A stretch of 64,000 nt of DNA from the NCBI GenBank assembly GCA_963810935.1, contig CAWEPK010000015.1:16827-80826 (forward strand). Direction: 5' to 3'. The position numbers were made by a program, and so were the translations under genes. Below the pieces are notes generated by a model. It worked only from the letters and a program-made list of their open reading frames with translations. It did no database searches and was not told the DNA's origin. Shown in pieces: positions 21,916-32,924 of this stretch (positions are counted from its first letter, which is position 1; every line of letters begins with the position of its first letter). The stretch comes from an uncultured delta proteobacterium (GTDB lineage Bacteria > Desulfobacterota > Syntrophorhabdia > Syntrophorhabdales > WCHB1-27).

Positions 21916-24011
21916 TCAGGCCCGGCCCGATTCACCCAAAAGACCTAGCATCGCGTCTGCGTCGGCAACCGGCGTCGCGCAGGCGTTGTTCGAGCAGACA
22001 TATGCACGGGGTTTGCCGCCTTCGGATTGGAAGTCTTTAAGGAATGGGGCGAGGTCGGCGAGGCGCGGTCCTTCGGCCCTAGCGCCCTCGGCTGCGACAA
22101 GGACAACCGTTTCGGGCAGGAAGCGCGAGCGCAGCGCTTCGATCATGGCGCTGAGGCCTGCCGACGATTCCGGTCCTGCCAGCACGACCTCGTGTGACGG
22201 GCCGAGGGCTAAACTCAGTGCGCAAAGCATCTGCGTGAAACCTGCCGGATACTGCGCCACCCTGCCGGAAAGGGCCTCGCCGAGCCGGGCGGCCTTGCTT
22301 TCCAGGTCCGCATTACCCGTAAGCCTGGCGAGGCGCAGGAGGTTCGTCATAGCAACCGAGTTGCCGGACGGCACGGCCCCGTCGTAGGCGTCCTTCTGGC
22401 GGAGCGGCAGCGGCTCGCCGTCATCAGCAATGAAAAAGAACCCTTCTTCCGCATCGTCCCAAAAGTGGTCTATCTGCTCTGCATTGAGCCTGAGTGCTTC
22501 CGCTAGGAAGCGCGGGTCAAACGTCGCCTCATAAAGCTCGATGCAGCCCCAGGTGAGAAACGCGTAATCGTCCAGGTTCGCTCTAATCGACGCCTCCCCG
22601 TCGCGGAAGCGGTGCAGGAGCCGCCCGTCCTTGGCCGTCATGCGCTCCGTGATAAACGCGAGCGCCTTCGCAGCGGCACGGGCATATGCCGCCTCCCCCA
22701 GCACTTGAGCGCCCCTTGCGAGGGCGGCGATCATCAGGCCGTTCCAGTCGGCCAGCACTTTGTCGTCCTTATGGGGATGGACGCGCTTCTCGCGCTCTGC
22801 AAACAGCCGCTGCCGCGCCTGCTCGATCGCGGCGGTCCCGCCCTCCGGCGCGTCGCCGCCTTTCAGGTGGAGTATGTTGCTCCCTGCATCGCCTTCGCCC
22901 CTGGTGTCCCAGTTGCCGTCCGTGCTGACGTTGAAGCGGCGTATGATAAGGCCGGCGGAGGCATCATCGAGGGCGTCCCTTATCTGCCTTTCCGTCCAGA
23001 CGTAGAACCTGCCCTCTACGCCTTCGCTGTCCGCGTCTTCGGCGGAATAGAAGCCGCCTTCGGGCGATGTCATATCACGTAGCACGTAAGTGAAGACCTC
23101 GCGGGCCGTCCTGCCGTATTCGGCCTTGCGCGTCGCCTGGTGCGCCTCCAGGCAAGCAAGGGCGCACATTGCCTGGTCGTAGAGCATCTTCTCGAAGTGC
23201 GGCACGAGCCAGGCCGCATCCGTCGAATATCTGTGGAACCCAAACCCCACGTGGTCGTATATGCCGCCCTGCCGCATCGCATGAAGCGTCTTCTCTACCA
23301 TGGCGAGGGCGCGGCCGCTGCGGCGGCGCTTCCAATAGCGCAGCAGGAAACTGATGTTGTGCGCCGTGGGGAATTTGGCGCTTCGGTCCGAAAGCCGCCG
23401 AAGCGCTCGTCGAAGCGTTCCGAAAGGACGTCGAAAGCCGCGTCGAGGGTCTTTTCGGAGAGGCCGGCAGGCGGGGGCGTCTCCATCAACTGCCTCAAGT
23501 TCTCCACGTGCTTCCGGCCGGAAGCGAGCAGCTCTTCGCGCCGGTTGCGCCAAAGCTCCTTGACGCGCGGCACGATATCGACGAGGCCCGGCCTGCCGTA
23601 CCTGCCCTCTTTCGGGATATACGTCGCCGCGTAGAACGGTGTCTTGTCCGGCGCGAGCAGGATGGTGAGGGGCCATCCGCCGCTTCCCGTGAGCATCTGG
23701 CAGACCGCCATGTAGACGTTGTCGATGTCGGGCCGCTCCTCCCGGTCCACCTTGATGCAGATAAAGGCGTCATTCAGCAGTGCCGCCGCCTGCCCGTCCT
23801 CGAAAGACTCCCGCTCCATCACGTGGCACCAGTGGCACGTCGAATAGCCTATGGAGAGGAAAACAGGCTTGTCCTCGGCAGCCGCAGCCGCAAACGCCTC
23901 GTCGCCCCACGGCCGCCAATCGACCGGATTGCCCGCGTGCTGCAAAAGATAAGGGCTTTTCTCGTATTGAAGCCTGTTGCGGCCGGATCCGCTGGTCCGT
24001 TGATCGTCCAT
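21916..24011 (-). CDS. thioredoxin-domain protein YyaL/DUF255 (frameshift ~23385)
   Basis: [69 protein letters not shown]. Confidence 0.92.
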
Positions 24012-24128
24012 ACGCTCTTTCCGTTTCCGATAATCTATATCTTGCGCGGCACATCGGCCACACCTGGGTATTCTGGCGAGGGGAGAAAAGATATGCATGT
24101 GAAGGGAAAAATGAGCGATCCCCCAATT

Positions 24129-24194
24129 CCGTCATACCGGCGAAGGCCGGTATCCAGGCCTACGCTGGATGCCGGATCGAGTCCGGCATGACGG
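24129..24194. repeat. CGTC-type REP doublet
   Basis: CCGTCATACCGGCGAAGGCCGGTATCCAG followed by the inverted CTGGATGCCGGATCGAGTCCGGCATGACGG; near-copy of 21716-21744. Confidence 0.75.
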
Positions 24195-24416
24195 CACTTG
24201 ATCCCCCTTGACTCCTGGGCCGAGGGATAAAAGAAAAGTACCCACGCCGCAATTGTCCGACCGTAAGGCCAATTGCGGTACGTGCACTCACCTCAATGCA
24301 AAAACTGTCTCTTAGCTTTTTTCCGGCACCAGCCGGCAGATAAAGATTTGCCGATGCCGACCACCCCTAACAGCAATTGTCCGCCCAGGCGGACAAATGC
24401 TGTAGTGCCCGGAGGA

Positions 24417-24620
24417 GCCGCATGGAGGATGCTTCATATGCGGATGCAATGTGAGCCGTGGCGGCCGGAGATCGTACATTCGTACATCGGAGGCCCCACG
24501 GCCTCGATTTCAAAGCAAGCGAATGCGCCGCGCCGAGCGGGGAGGCTCGCCGGGCTTTGCCCGGCGAGGGGTGCTGAACCCCAGTACTGCGCGCCGCAGA
24601 GGGAGCATCCTCCATGCGGC
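24417..24620. repeat. 204-bp palindromic MITE-like element
   Basis: Perfect 17-bp terminal IR GCCGCATGGAGGATGCT / AGCATCCTCCATGCGGC with internal hairpins. Confidence 0.65.
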
Positions 24621-24674
24621 GAGTCCAAGCCTGCCAAAACCCGTTAGTTGTTTTTCCCTAATCACCCGTGGATT

Positions 24675-24711
24675 AAAAACCCGGGCGGCTGCCTTTCGCA
24701 ACCGCCCGGGT
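24675..24711 (-). terminator. dnaK intrinsic terminator
   Basis: ACCCGGGCGGTTGC-GAAAG-GCAGCCGCCCGGGT followed by a T-run on the minus strand. Confidence 0.8.
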
Positions 24712-24718
24712 CAATGTG

Positions 24719-26632
24719 CTATGCCGACTTTCTCACGTCCTCATACTCCGCGTCTATCGTTTCGTCGCCGGGGCCATGCCCGTTGCCGCCCGCGCTGCCG
24801 CAGCCGGCCCCGCAGCCGCCTCCGGCCGCCTGCTTATAGAGCCCCTCCGCCATACGGTGGGACGCCTTCGTCAGTTCTTCTCCGGCCTGCTTCATACGCC
24901 CGGCATCTCCACTCTTCAGGGCCTCTTTCGCACGCCCCAGGGCGTCCTCGGCCGCGCTCACGTCCTCGGCGGCCAGCCTGCCCCTGCCTTCGCCCAGCGT
25001 CTTCTCCGTCTGGTAGACGAGGTTGTCCAGATGGTTCCTTGCCTCCACTTCGTCCTTCTTCGCATGGTCCTCCGCGCTGTGGGCCTCCGCGTCCCTCACC
25101 ATCTTCTGAATGTCCGCCTCGGAGAGGCCGGTCGAAGCCGTGATCGTGATCGCCTGCTCCTTGTTCGTCGCAAGGTCTTTCGCCGACACGTGGAGGATGC
25201 CGTTCGCGTCTATGTCGAACGTTACCTCGATCTGCGGCAGGCCGCGCGGCGCGGTCGGCAGTCCCATCAGGTGGAAGCGGCCGAGCGTCCTTGCGTCGCG
25301 CGCCATCTCGCGCTCGCCCTGGAGCACGTGGACCTCGACGCTCGTCTGGTTGTCTTCCGCTGTCGAAAATACCTGGCTGCGCTTGACCGGTATAGTCGTG
25401 TTCCTCTCGACGATCTTCGTCAGTACGCCGCCCAGCGTCTCGATGCCGAGTGAAAGGGGCGTAACGTCGAGGAGCAGCATGTCTTTCACCTCGCCCGTCA
25501 GTACTCCGCCCTGCACGGACGCGCCCAGGGAGACCACTTCGTCCGGGTTGACGCCCTTGTGCGGCTCCTTGCCGAAGAAGTCTTTGACCATCTGCTGTAT
25601 CTTCGGGATACGCGTCGAGCCGCCGACGAGCACTACCTCGTTTATGTCGCTTACCGAGAGCTTAGCGTCCGCCATCGCCTTCTTGCACGGCTCTATCGTC
25701 CTTGCGAAGAGGTCTTCGCATATCTGCTCCAGGCGCGCCCTAGTCAGCTTGAGGGCAAGGTGCTTCGGCCCGGTCTGGTCGGCCGTGATGAAGGGCAGGT
25801 TTATCTCCGTCTCCATCATCGAGGAAAGCTCTATCTTAGCCTTCTCCGCCGCGTCCTTGAGGCGCTGCAAAGCCATGCTGTCGCGGGAAAGGTCGATCCC
25901 CTGCTCTTTCCTGAATTCGGCCGCGAGGAATTCGACGACCCTCTGGTCTACGTCGTCGCCGCCAAGGTGCGTGTCGCCGTTCGTCGAGAGCACCTCGACT
26001 ACGTTGTCGCCCACTTCGAGGATCGAGATGTCGAATGTGCCGCCGCCGAAGTCGTAGACAGCGATCTTTTCGCTCTTCTTCTTATCGAGGCCGTAGGCCA
26101 ACGCCGATGCTGTAGGCTCGTTGACGATGCGCAGCACGTTGAGGCCCGCGATCCTGCCCGCGTCCTTGGTCGCCTGACGCTGGGAGTCGTTGAAGTATGC
26201 GGGCACGGTGATGACCGCGTCTTCCACGGTCCGGCCGAGGTATGCCTCCGCCGATTTCTTCAGCTTCTGGAGGATGAGGCCCGATATCTCCTGGGGCGTA
26301 TACTGCTTGCCGCGCACTTCGGCGCGCGCGTTGCCGCTCGAGTCAGCGACCACCTTGTACGAGACCTTCTCGTCTTTGACTTCCGTATAGCGCCTGCCCA
26401 TGAACCTTTTGATCGAGAATATAGTATTCTCCGGGTTCGTGATCGCCTGCCTTTTCGCCACCTGGCCTACGAGCACCTCCCCGTCCTTCGTGAAGGCGAC
26501 CACGCTCGGGGTCGTCCTCTGCCCTTCTTCGTTGACGATGACCTTCGGCTCCCCGTTTTCCATCACGGAAACGACCGAAAACGTTGTTCCCAGGTCTATA
26601 CCGATTACTTGTTTTCTCTGTGTATCAGCCAT
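24719..26632 (-). CDS. dnaK: molecular chaperone DnaK
   Basis: [56 protein letters not shown]-terminal IDAEYEDV. Confidence 0.98.
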   Translation of the reverse strand: MADTQRKQVIGIDLGTTFSVVSVMENGEPKVIVNEEGQRTTPSVVAFTKDGEVLVGQVAKRQAITNPENTIFSIKRFMGRRYTEVKDEKVSYKVVADSSGNARAEVRGKQYTPQEISGLILQKLKKSAEAYLGRTVEDAVITVPAYFNDSQRQATKDAGRIAGLNVLRIVNEPTASALAYGLDKKKSEKIAVYDFGGGTFDISILEVGDNVVEVLSTNGDTHLGGDDVDQRVVEFLAAEFRKEQGIDLSRDSMALQRLKDAAEKAKIELSSMMETEINLPFITADQTGPKHLALKLTRARLEQICEDLFARTIEPCKKAMADAKLSVSDINEVVLVGGSTRIPKIQQMVKDFFGKEPHKGVNPDEVVSLGASVQGGVLTGEVKDMLLLDVTPLSLGIETLGGVLTKIVERNTTIPVKRSQVFSTAEDNQTSVEVHVLQGEREMARDARTLGRFHLMGLPTAPRGLPQIEVTFDIDANGILHVSAKDLATNKEQAITITASTGLSEADIQKMVRDAEAHSAEDHAKKDEVEARNHLDNLVYQTEKTLGEGRGRLAAEDVSAAEDALGRAKEALKSGDAGRMKQAGEELTKASHRMAEGLYKQAAGGGCGAGCGSAGGNGHGPGDETIDAEYEDVRKSA

Positions 26633-26745
26633 ATTTTCCTCCTTGCGGTGAATATCATTGTATACAAGCTAAGATAATCCGCCCACCCGGTTTTGTCAAA
26701 TCGGCTGCGCCCCCTTCTCTCTCCTTCCCCGGCAACCGCGCTTGC

Positions 26746-26951
26746 GGAAAGGCAAGGACACGTCACTGAGCCGCGCATTGCGGAGCGACCGCTATCAGCG
26801 TTGGCGCAGCCTGAGCGTCCGCCCGAAGGGTGGTGCTGCGAGTCGCTTGTACCCGCTTCTCGTACACCGTCTCGCAGCAAGCGAAGCGGAGCCTTACGCT
26901 GATCGGGAGCGGAAGCCCAGGCGCGGCGAAGGGACGTGTCCTTGCCTTTCC
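26746..26951. repeat. 206-bp palindromic MITE-like element
   Basis: Perfect 19-bp terminal IR GGAAAGGCAAGGACACGTC / GACGTGTCCTTGCCTTTCC; the interior folds back on itself. Confidence 0.65.
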
Positions 26952-27052
26952 CTGCCCGTCTTGTCGAAACGCCTCGACAATATTGTCGCGCTTCATCCGG
27001 CAGCCGCCTTTCGAATCCCCGCAATAGCGCGTTTTTCAACGGTGCAGCGCCC

Positions 27053-27068
27053 CGGCATGGTAGTTGCT
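27053..27068 (+). promoter_or_regulatory. sigma54 -24/-12 promoter
   Basis: CGGCATGGTAGTTGCT (GG-N10-GC), ~40 nt upstream of the His-rich peptide ATG. Confidence 0.6.
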
Positions 27069-27107
27069 TATAAACTTCAATAAGAATTACGTTGGGAGGC
27101 ATTGAGC

Positions 27108-27270
27108 ATGAAAGCAAAACTGGTCGTCCTGGTTACTCTTTTTATGGTAGCCGTATCGACCCTCGCGTTCGTCCCGCCGGCAGACGCCGCATCGAGGCAT
27201 CGTCATCACCGGCACCACTATAGTCACCAGCCACCAGCAGCATCATCACTTCCATCACAACCACCGCTAA
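27108..27270 (+). CDS. exported His-rich peptide (probable +1 sequencing frameshift ~27231)
   Basis: GGGAGG RBS, signal peptide ending PADA, RHRHHRHHYSHQ, then the +1 frame HQQHHHFHHNHR-stop, followed by hairpin CGGGCAC-TAT-GTGCCCG. Confidence 0.6.
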
Positions 27271-27545
27271 CGGGCACTATGTGCCCGACACACAAAGGTT
27301 GCAGGCCGGCCCCCCCTCCAAATTGCCGGGACGGCCTGCAACCCCTTCCTCAGCCGCACTGTCCGGAATCTTGACAGCTCCTTGTAACGATTCCCTACAC
27401 TTCAGGGGCCTTTTTCCCCGGAAATGGCGTTATCAGGCCGTTTTTGTCCGGTACGGTAATTGCAAAACTATCCGTCACAGCTCCGGGGGCCATATGCACC
27501 GGGCCCGATTGCGGTGTATACTGTCCGGATGGTGAAGGAGGCGGG

Positions 27546-28841
27546 ATGGATCCTACGGTGACTCTGGAGCGTTTGCGGGTAGCGGCGGGAGACCTGCTCT
27601 CTGTCGCCCCTAACATAGCGGCCGCCGTGGCCATACTCGTCATCGGCTATGCAGTAGCGCGCATCGTGAGGTCGGTCCTCGTCAGGCTCCTGCAATCGAC
27701 TACGGTCTTCGGCGAGCGCACGGGTGCGCCCGGCGAGCCCTCGGCCGCTACCATCGGCACCTTCGTCTTCTACTTCATCATGCTCCTCGTCATCCTCGCA
27801 TCCTTCAACGTGCTCAACCTCTCGCTGACGGATGCGATCGTCAACACCATAACCGCCCTGCCCATCGTTGCCGCGGCATCCGGCATGCTCGTCCGCACCT
27901 TATCCGCGTCGATGCTGGTTATCTCGGGTGCGGTCCTCGTGATCCTTTTTGCATGGGTGCTGGCAAGACTGCTCTTCTTTTTCTCCGTGAAGGCGGTAGG
28001 GGGCGTGAGGTCGAGGTCCGCCAAAGCGCGCCTTGCCCCTACGTCTTTCCCAGCGGGCGCCGGGAAAGCGCCACGCTATAAAAACGAGAACGACGCGGCA
28101 CTCGACCTGATTAAGGGATTCATCAAACAGACCGACACTGAGCCGGAAGAACCGACGCGGCGCATGCCTGCCGGCGGCGGCGCCAGGCGCGAGGCCGATG
28201 CGGCCGCTTTGTCGCGTGAGCCGGCAGCAGAGACGGACAACGCCCGGCAGGCAGATAAGCCGCACCCGGCGGCGCAAGAGAAAACGCACCCGGCCGTCCG
28301 CCAGAGACCCGGCCGGATGCTCCTCATAGAAGCGGCGAAGTATGACGATTACCAGCCTGCGGTAAAACCGGACGTGCATGAGGCTGCCGCAAAGCGCGAG
28401 GCACGCCGGCCGTCCGCGAAAGCGGCGGCTGCCGCAGCCGCTCAACCAGCCGGACAGGCGGGCAGCGCTGCCGCACCCTTAAAGCCCGCTAAGGCAGCGC
28501 TTCGGCGGACAGCCGGTGCAGCAAAGCCCGTCAGCCGCACCAAATCCGCTGCCGTACCCGCAAAGCCTGCTTCCAGCCGTGCGAAGCCGGCCGCACCGCC
28601 TGCAAAACAGCCAAAGGCGGCGCCTGCCGAGGTTAAACCCGCTTCAGCGCCTGCGAAACCGAGGGCTGCCTCCGCAGCGAAGCCTGTTGCCGAACCTGCA
28701 AAGCCAACCCTTGTCTCAAAGAAATCTACATCCGGCGGGCCGAAGTTTGCGGCAGCGGGCCGTCACCTGGAAGAGGCGCTCCACGACGAACCGGCCAGGC
28801 CCGCCGCTTTGAAGAAAGGCCCCAAACGCGGGTTGCGGTAG
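27546..28841 (+). CDS. membrane protein with a TM_helix/CmpX-like N-terminus and an Ala/Lys/Pro-rich tail
   Basis: PNIAAAVAILVIGYAVARIVR-type TM repeats; long AKPA low-complexity C-terminus; AAGGAGG RBS. Confidence 0.6.
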   Translation: MDPTVTLERLRVAAGDLLSVAPNIAAAVAILVIGYAVARIVRSVLVRLLQSTTVFGERTGAPGEPSAATIGTFVFYFIMLLVILASFNVLNLSLTDAIVNTITALPIVAAASGMLVRTLSASMLVISGAVLVILFAWVLARLLFFFSVKAVGGVRSRSAKARLAPTSFPAGAGKAPRYKNENDAALDLIKGFIKQTDTEPEEPTRRMPAGGGARREADAAALSREPAAETDNARQADKPHPAAQEKTHPAVRQRPGRMLLIEAAKYDDYQPAVKPDVHEAAAKREARRPSAKAAAAAAAQPAGQAGSAAAPLKPAKAALRRTAGAAKPVSRTKSAAVPAKPASSRAKPAAPPAKQPKAAPAEVKPASAPAKPRAASAAKPVAEPAKPTLVSKKSTSGGPKFAAAGRHLEEALHDEPARPAALKKGPKRGLR

Positions 28842-29111
28842 GTCTCTGGAACACGGCATAACCCCGTGACTCTCTTTGGCGGAAAACCCCGCCTTGCGAC
28901 TACGGATAATAAAAGCCGCCGCCTCGCTGGTTCGGCCCAGAAAGGCGGCGGCGGTCGGTGCGATGGAAGGCAGAGGAAGCCCCCGGCGCTACTGGTGGGC
29001 CTTCCACATGACAATCAATGGGGCTAGCGTCGCCCCCTCCACGAACAAAGTCCGTCGGGGTACCCGCTTCAGCGGGTCGTCCCCCTCATAAAAAGGAAGA
29101 GGCATTTTCCT

Positions 29112-30732
29112 CTACTGGTGGTCCTTCCACATGCCGTACTTCTCGCTCAATACCCTGTGCAGGATCTTTCCGTTGCCCGTGCGCGGCATCTCCTCGTCTT
29201 TGATGAAGACGATGCTCTTGGGCACTTTAAATCCCGCGATCTTGCCTTTGCAGTGGCCGCTGATCTCTTCCGGGGTGGCCGTCTGCCCTTCGTGCAGCAC
29301 GACGACAGCCATGACCGATTCGCCCCACTTCTCGTGCGGCACGCCGATGACCGCCACGTCCTTTACCTTAGGATAGCCGCCCAGGCAGTTCTCCACTTCG
29401 GACGGGAAGATGTTCTCTCCGCCGGAGATGATCATGTTGGCCTTCCTGTCAACGAGGAACAGGTAGCCCTCCTCATCCTTGTAGCCCATGTCGCCCGCGC
29501 TGAAATACTCGCCCTTCATCGCGGCCTCCAGCTTCTCCGGCTCCTTCCAGTAACCCGTAAGCAGCATGGGGCTCCTGTGAGTAGACCTCGCCGACTTTAT
29601 TCGGCTCGGTGACGAGTTTCCCATCCTCGTCGTAGAGCTGCAGCAGGTCGGACCCTATGACCTCGCGGCCGCACGAGCCGAGCTTCGTTAGCTGCTCCTC
29701 CGGGTGAAGGATGGTGACGCACCCCGCCTCCGTAGACCCGTAAGCCTCGTCGAGCTTCGAGTTCGGGAACATCTTGAGTATCCCGATCTTCGTGTCCCTG
29801 CGCGCAGGCGCGGAGGAAATGAGGAGCTTCTTGATCGAGTTCAGGTCGTACTTCTGCTTCACCGCGTCGGGCAGCGCGAGCATCATGATGTAGTGCGTCG
29901 GGACGAGCGAGGTGAAGGTGACCCTGTGGTCCGAGAAGGTCTTGAGCAGGTCTTCCGGGTCGAAGCTTATCATGTTGTAGCACATGACCGTGCCGCCCAC
30001 CCAGGTATTCACGAACGAATAGTTCAGGGAGTTGATATGGCAGCACGGCATGACGAGGAGCGTCACGTCGTTGAAGTCGAAGCCGTGGTCGTAGATCATG
30101 ATGAAGTACTGCGACACCAGGGAGCGGTGGCTCTTCATGACCCCCTTGGGCCTGCCCGTAGTGCCGCTCGTGTACATGATGATCCAGATGTCTTCCGAAT
30201 CGACTTCTGTCGCCGGCTCTTCAGGGCTCGCCGCGGCCATTGCGTCTTCGAGCGGAATGTACCCGTCATACTTCGGGTTGTCTACTGCGAAGGAGATGTA
30301 CTTCTCGACCGTGGGCAGGTTCTTTCTCATCCCGTTGACCATCTCTATCCACGGGTAGTCCTTGCCGTCCCGGAGGTTTTTGCCGCCCTGGACGAGGAAG
30401 ACCTTCGCTTCGCTGTGCGTTATGTTGTATTCCATCTCCGGTGCGGAAAGCCTGAACATGATAGGCACGACGATAAAGCCGCCCTTGGCTGCTGCTGCGT
30501 AGATGTCCATCCACTCGACGCAGTTGTACCCGAGCGCCGCGAACCTGTCGCCCTTCTTCATCCCCATTCCGGCGAGCAGGTTCGCGAGTCTGCACGCCCT
30601 TTCGTTCCATTGCGCGAAGGTGTACTCCTTATAGAGGTCTTTCGCCCCTATCTTGTTCGGCCATTTACTGGCGTTCACCTTCAGCACTTCCTTCGCCGTC
30701 ATCCATTTCTTCATTAGCATGATGTCCTCCAT
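29112..30732 (-). CDS. acyl-CoA synthetase (AMP-binding; frameshift ~29580)
   Basis: MYTSGTTGRPKGV, YGSTEAG, GDMG..DEEGY..LVDRK, ISGGENIFPSEVE, PRTGNGKI. Confidence 0.92.
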
Positions 30733-30776
30733 ATTTGGTCTATCTTAAACCCCTGGCCTTGTGCGCTCTATGATCT

Positions 30777-32592
30777 TCATCCCCCAGGCTTTATGGCCCC
30801 GAACTTACATATCTGGCTGCACACCTCGCAGCCGACACATTGTCCCTTGTTGATGAATACGGTCCCCTTCCTCTTGCGTCCGTCCTCCGTCGTGCCCGCC
30901 GCATCAAGCCAGCTTATGGCCGGGCAGCCGATCTCGAGGCACGCCTTGCAGCCCCTGCACACGCTTGCGTCTATCGTCAGGTACGGGTTTTTGAACCTCT
31001 CAAGCGGCTTCGCCCTGCGCAGCAGCATGCAAGGGCTGTTCTCCGTGATGATGACGGAAGCGGCGTCCCTCTCGACTTCTTCCTTGACGACCTTCGTCGT
31101 CTCCGCAAGGTTGTAAGGGTCCACTTTCCTTATGTGCTTGATCCCGACCGCTTTTACCAGCTCCGCGTAATCGATCGCGTTGGCCGCCTCGTTCTTTATG
31201 GTGTAGCCCGTGCCGGGCGTCTCCTGGTGGCCCGTCATGGCGGTGATGCCGTTATCGACTATGATCGTTGTAGCATATCCTTTGTTGTATGCAGTGTCCA
31301 TAAGGGGCGTCACGCCGCTGTGGAGGAAGGTCGAGTCCCCGAGCACCGCGCAGACCTTGCCGAGCCCTTCCTTGCCCAGAACCTTACCCGCGCCGTACGC
31401 CCCTCCCACACCCGCGCCCATACAGGTAGAGGCGTGCATGGCTGAAAGCGGGGGCGCTACCGCCAGCGCGTAGCAGCCGATGTCGCCGAAGACGAAAAGC
31501 CCGAGCTTCTTCAGTGCGTAGAAAAGCGGCCTGTGGGAGCAGCCGGCGCAGAGGTTGGGCGGCCTCTTCGGCAGCTCTTCGGGATTGACGCGCACCGCGG
31601 GCGCCTTGTACGCCTTGCCGGTTACGGCCTTTGCAAGCGCCTTCTCGACGACGGCAGGGCGAAAGCTCGCTTATCGCTGGGGATAAGGTCTTTGCCGTGC
31701 CAAACCTTATATCCCTTCGCCCTGATCTCCGTCTCCAGGAAGGGGTCAAGCTCCTCGACCACGATCACTTTTTTCACCTTCTTGAAGAACGTGTCGATCA
31801 TGCCCCACGGCAGCGGCCAGACCATGCCCAGTTTCAGGAACGAATACTGCGGGAAGACGTCCTTCGTGTAGAGGTACGAGACGCCGGATGAGATGAACCC
31901 GACGGACGGGTCGTTGATCTCCATCGCATTATATTTCAGCTTCTCGGCGTACGCGGAGAGCCTGCCGATCCTCTCCTCCACGAAGACGCGGCGCACCCTG
32001 GCGAAAACGGGGACCATGACGTGGTTCGGCGTCTCGGCCTGCGAGAGGCCTTTGGGGATTGACGATTCCTTCCTTTCTCCGAGCTTCACGAGGGAATCGC
32101 AGTGGGAGACCCTCGTCTCGCCGCGCAGAAGGACGGGGGCGTCGAACCGCTCGCTGATATCGAAGGCGATCTTCGTGAAGTCCTTACACTCCTGCGCGTC
32201 CCCCGGCTCCAGCATGGGGACCTTGCCGAAGCGCGTCCAGTGCCTGGAGTCCTGCTCGTTCTGGGAGCTGTGCTGGCCGGGGTCGTCGGCGACGACGATC
32301 ACGAGGCCGCCCTTTACGCCGGTATATGAGATGGTCATCAGCGGGTCGGAGGCGACATTAAGCCCCACGTGCTTCATGCAGGCCATCGCCCTTCCCCCGG
32401 CAAGGGAGGCGCCGTGCACCACCTCTACGGCCACCTTTTCGTTGGGCGACCACTCCGTATAGATCTCGGGGTATCCGGCAAGCTCCGCCATGATCTCGCT
32501 GCTCGGCGTACCGGGGTATGCCGCCCCTACGGTCACCCCTGCCTCCCAGGCGCCCCGCGCTATCGCCTCATTGCCCTGCATAATTTTTTCAT
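30777..32592 (-). CDS. iorA: indolepyruvate:ferredoxin oxidoreductase alpha subunit (frameshifts ~31660-31690 and near the start)
   Basis: GNEAIARGA, YPGTPSSEI, MKHVGLNVA.D, HSSQNEQD, RPPNLCAGCSHR, GDIGCY, GDSTFLHSG, two C-terminal 4Fe-4S motifs. Confidence 0.92.
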
Positions 32593-32838
32593 CGTGCCTC
32601 CTGGTTGTTGCCTCTATCTCTCGCCAGCCCGGCTATTCCTGTTTGCCGGGCGCCGCCCGCGAATGCCGGCTGCCGGCATCCGGTCCCCATATGCGTCTTC
32701 CCTTTTTTTCTTTCGATGCGCCTCCCGGTCAGCGTCTCCCACAAGAGGCGTGAAACATTATTTCGAAATGACGCCGGTCTTGTCAAGGACAAAAAACGGC
32801 AAAAACGCGCACCGGGAGACCCCCTTATAAAAAATATC

Positions 32839-32894
32839 TTGACAGGACGAGGAAAATTGGGTAAACGTTTAATTAACAAACTAAACGGTCAGTC
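32839..32894 (+). promoter_or_regulatory. tetR promoter and putative TetR operator
   Basis: TTGACA-N17-TAAACG followed by the imperfect palindrome AACTAAACGGTCAGTC. Confidence 0.5.
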
Positions 32895-32924
32895 AAGTTT
32901 TTGTGGCCTTCCGGAAGAGGGACC

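Noticed and set aside
21716..26951. Repeats as a CRISPR array
   Set aside because: No regularly spaced direct repeats with unique spacers and no cas genes; the repeats are palindromic REP/MITE-like.
27271..27374. Pro/Cys-rich C-terminus of ORF 27102-27374
   Set aside because: Better explained as read-through after a frameshift; the His-rich frame stops at 27270, just before a hairpin.
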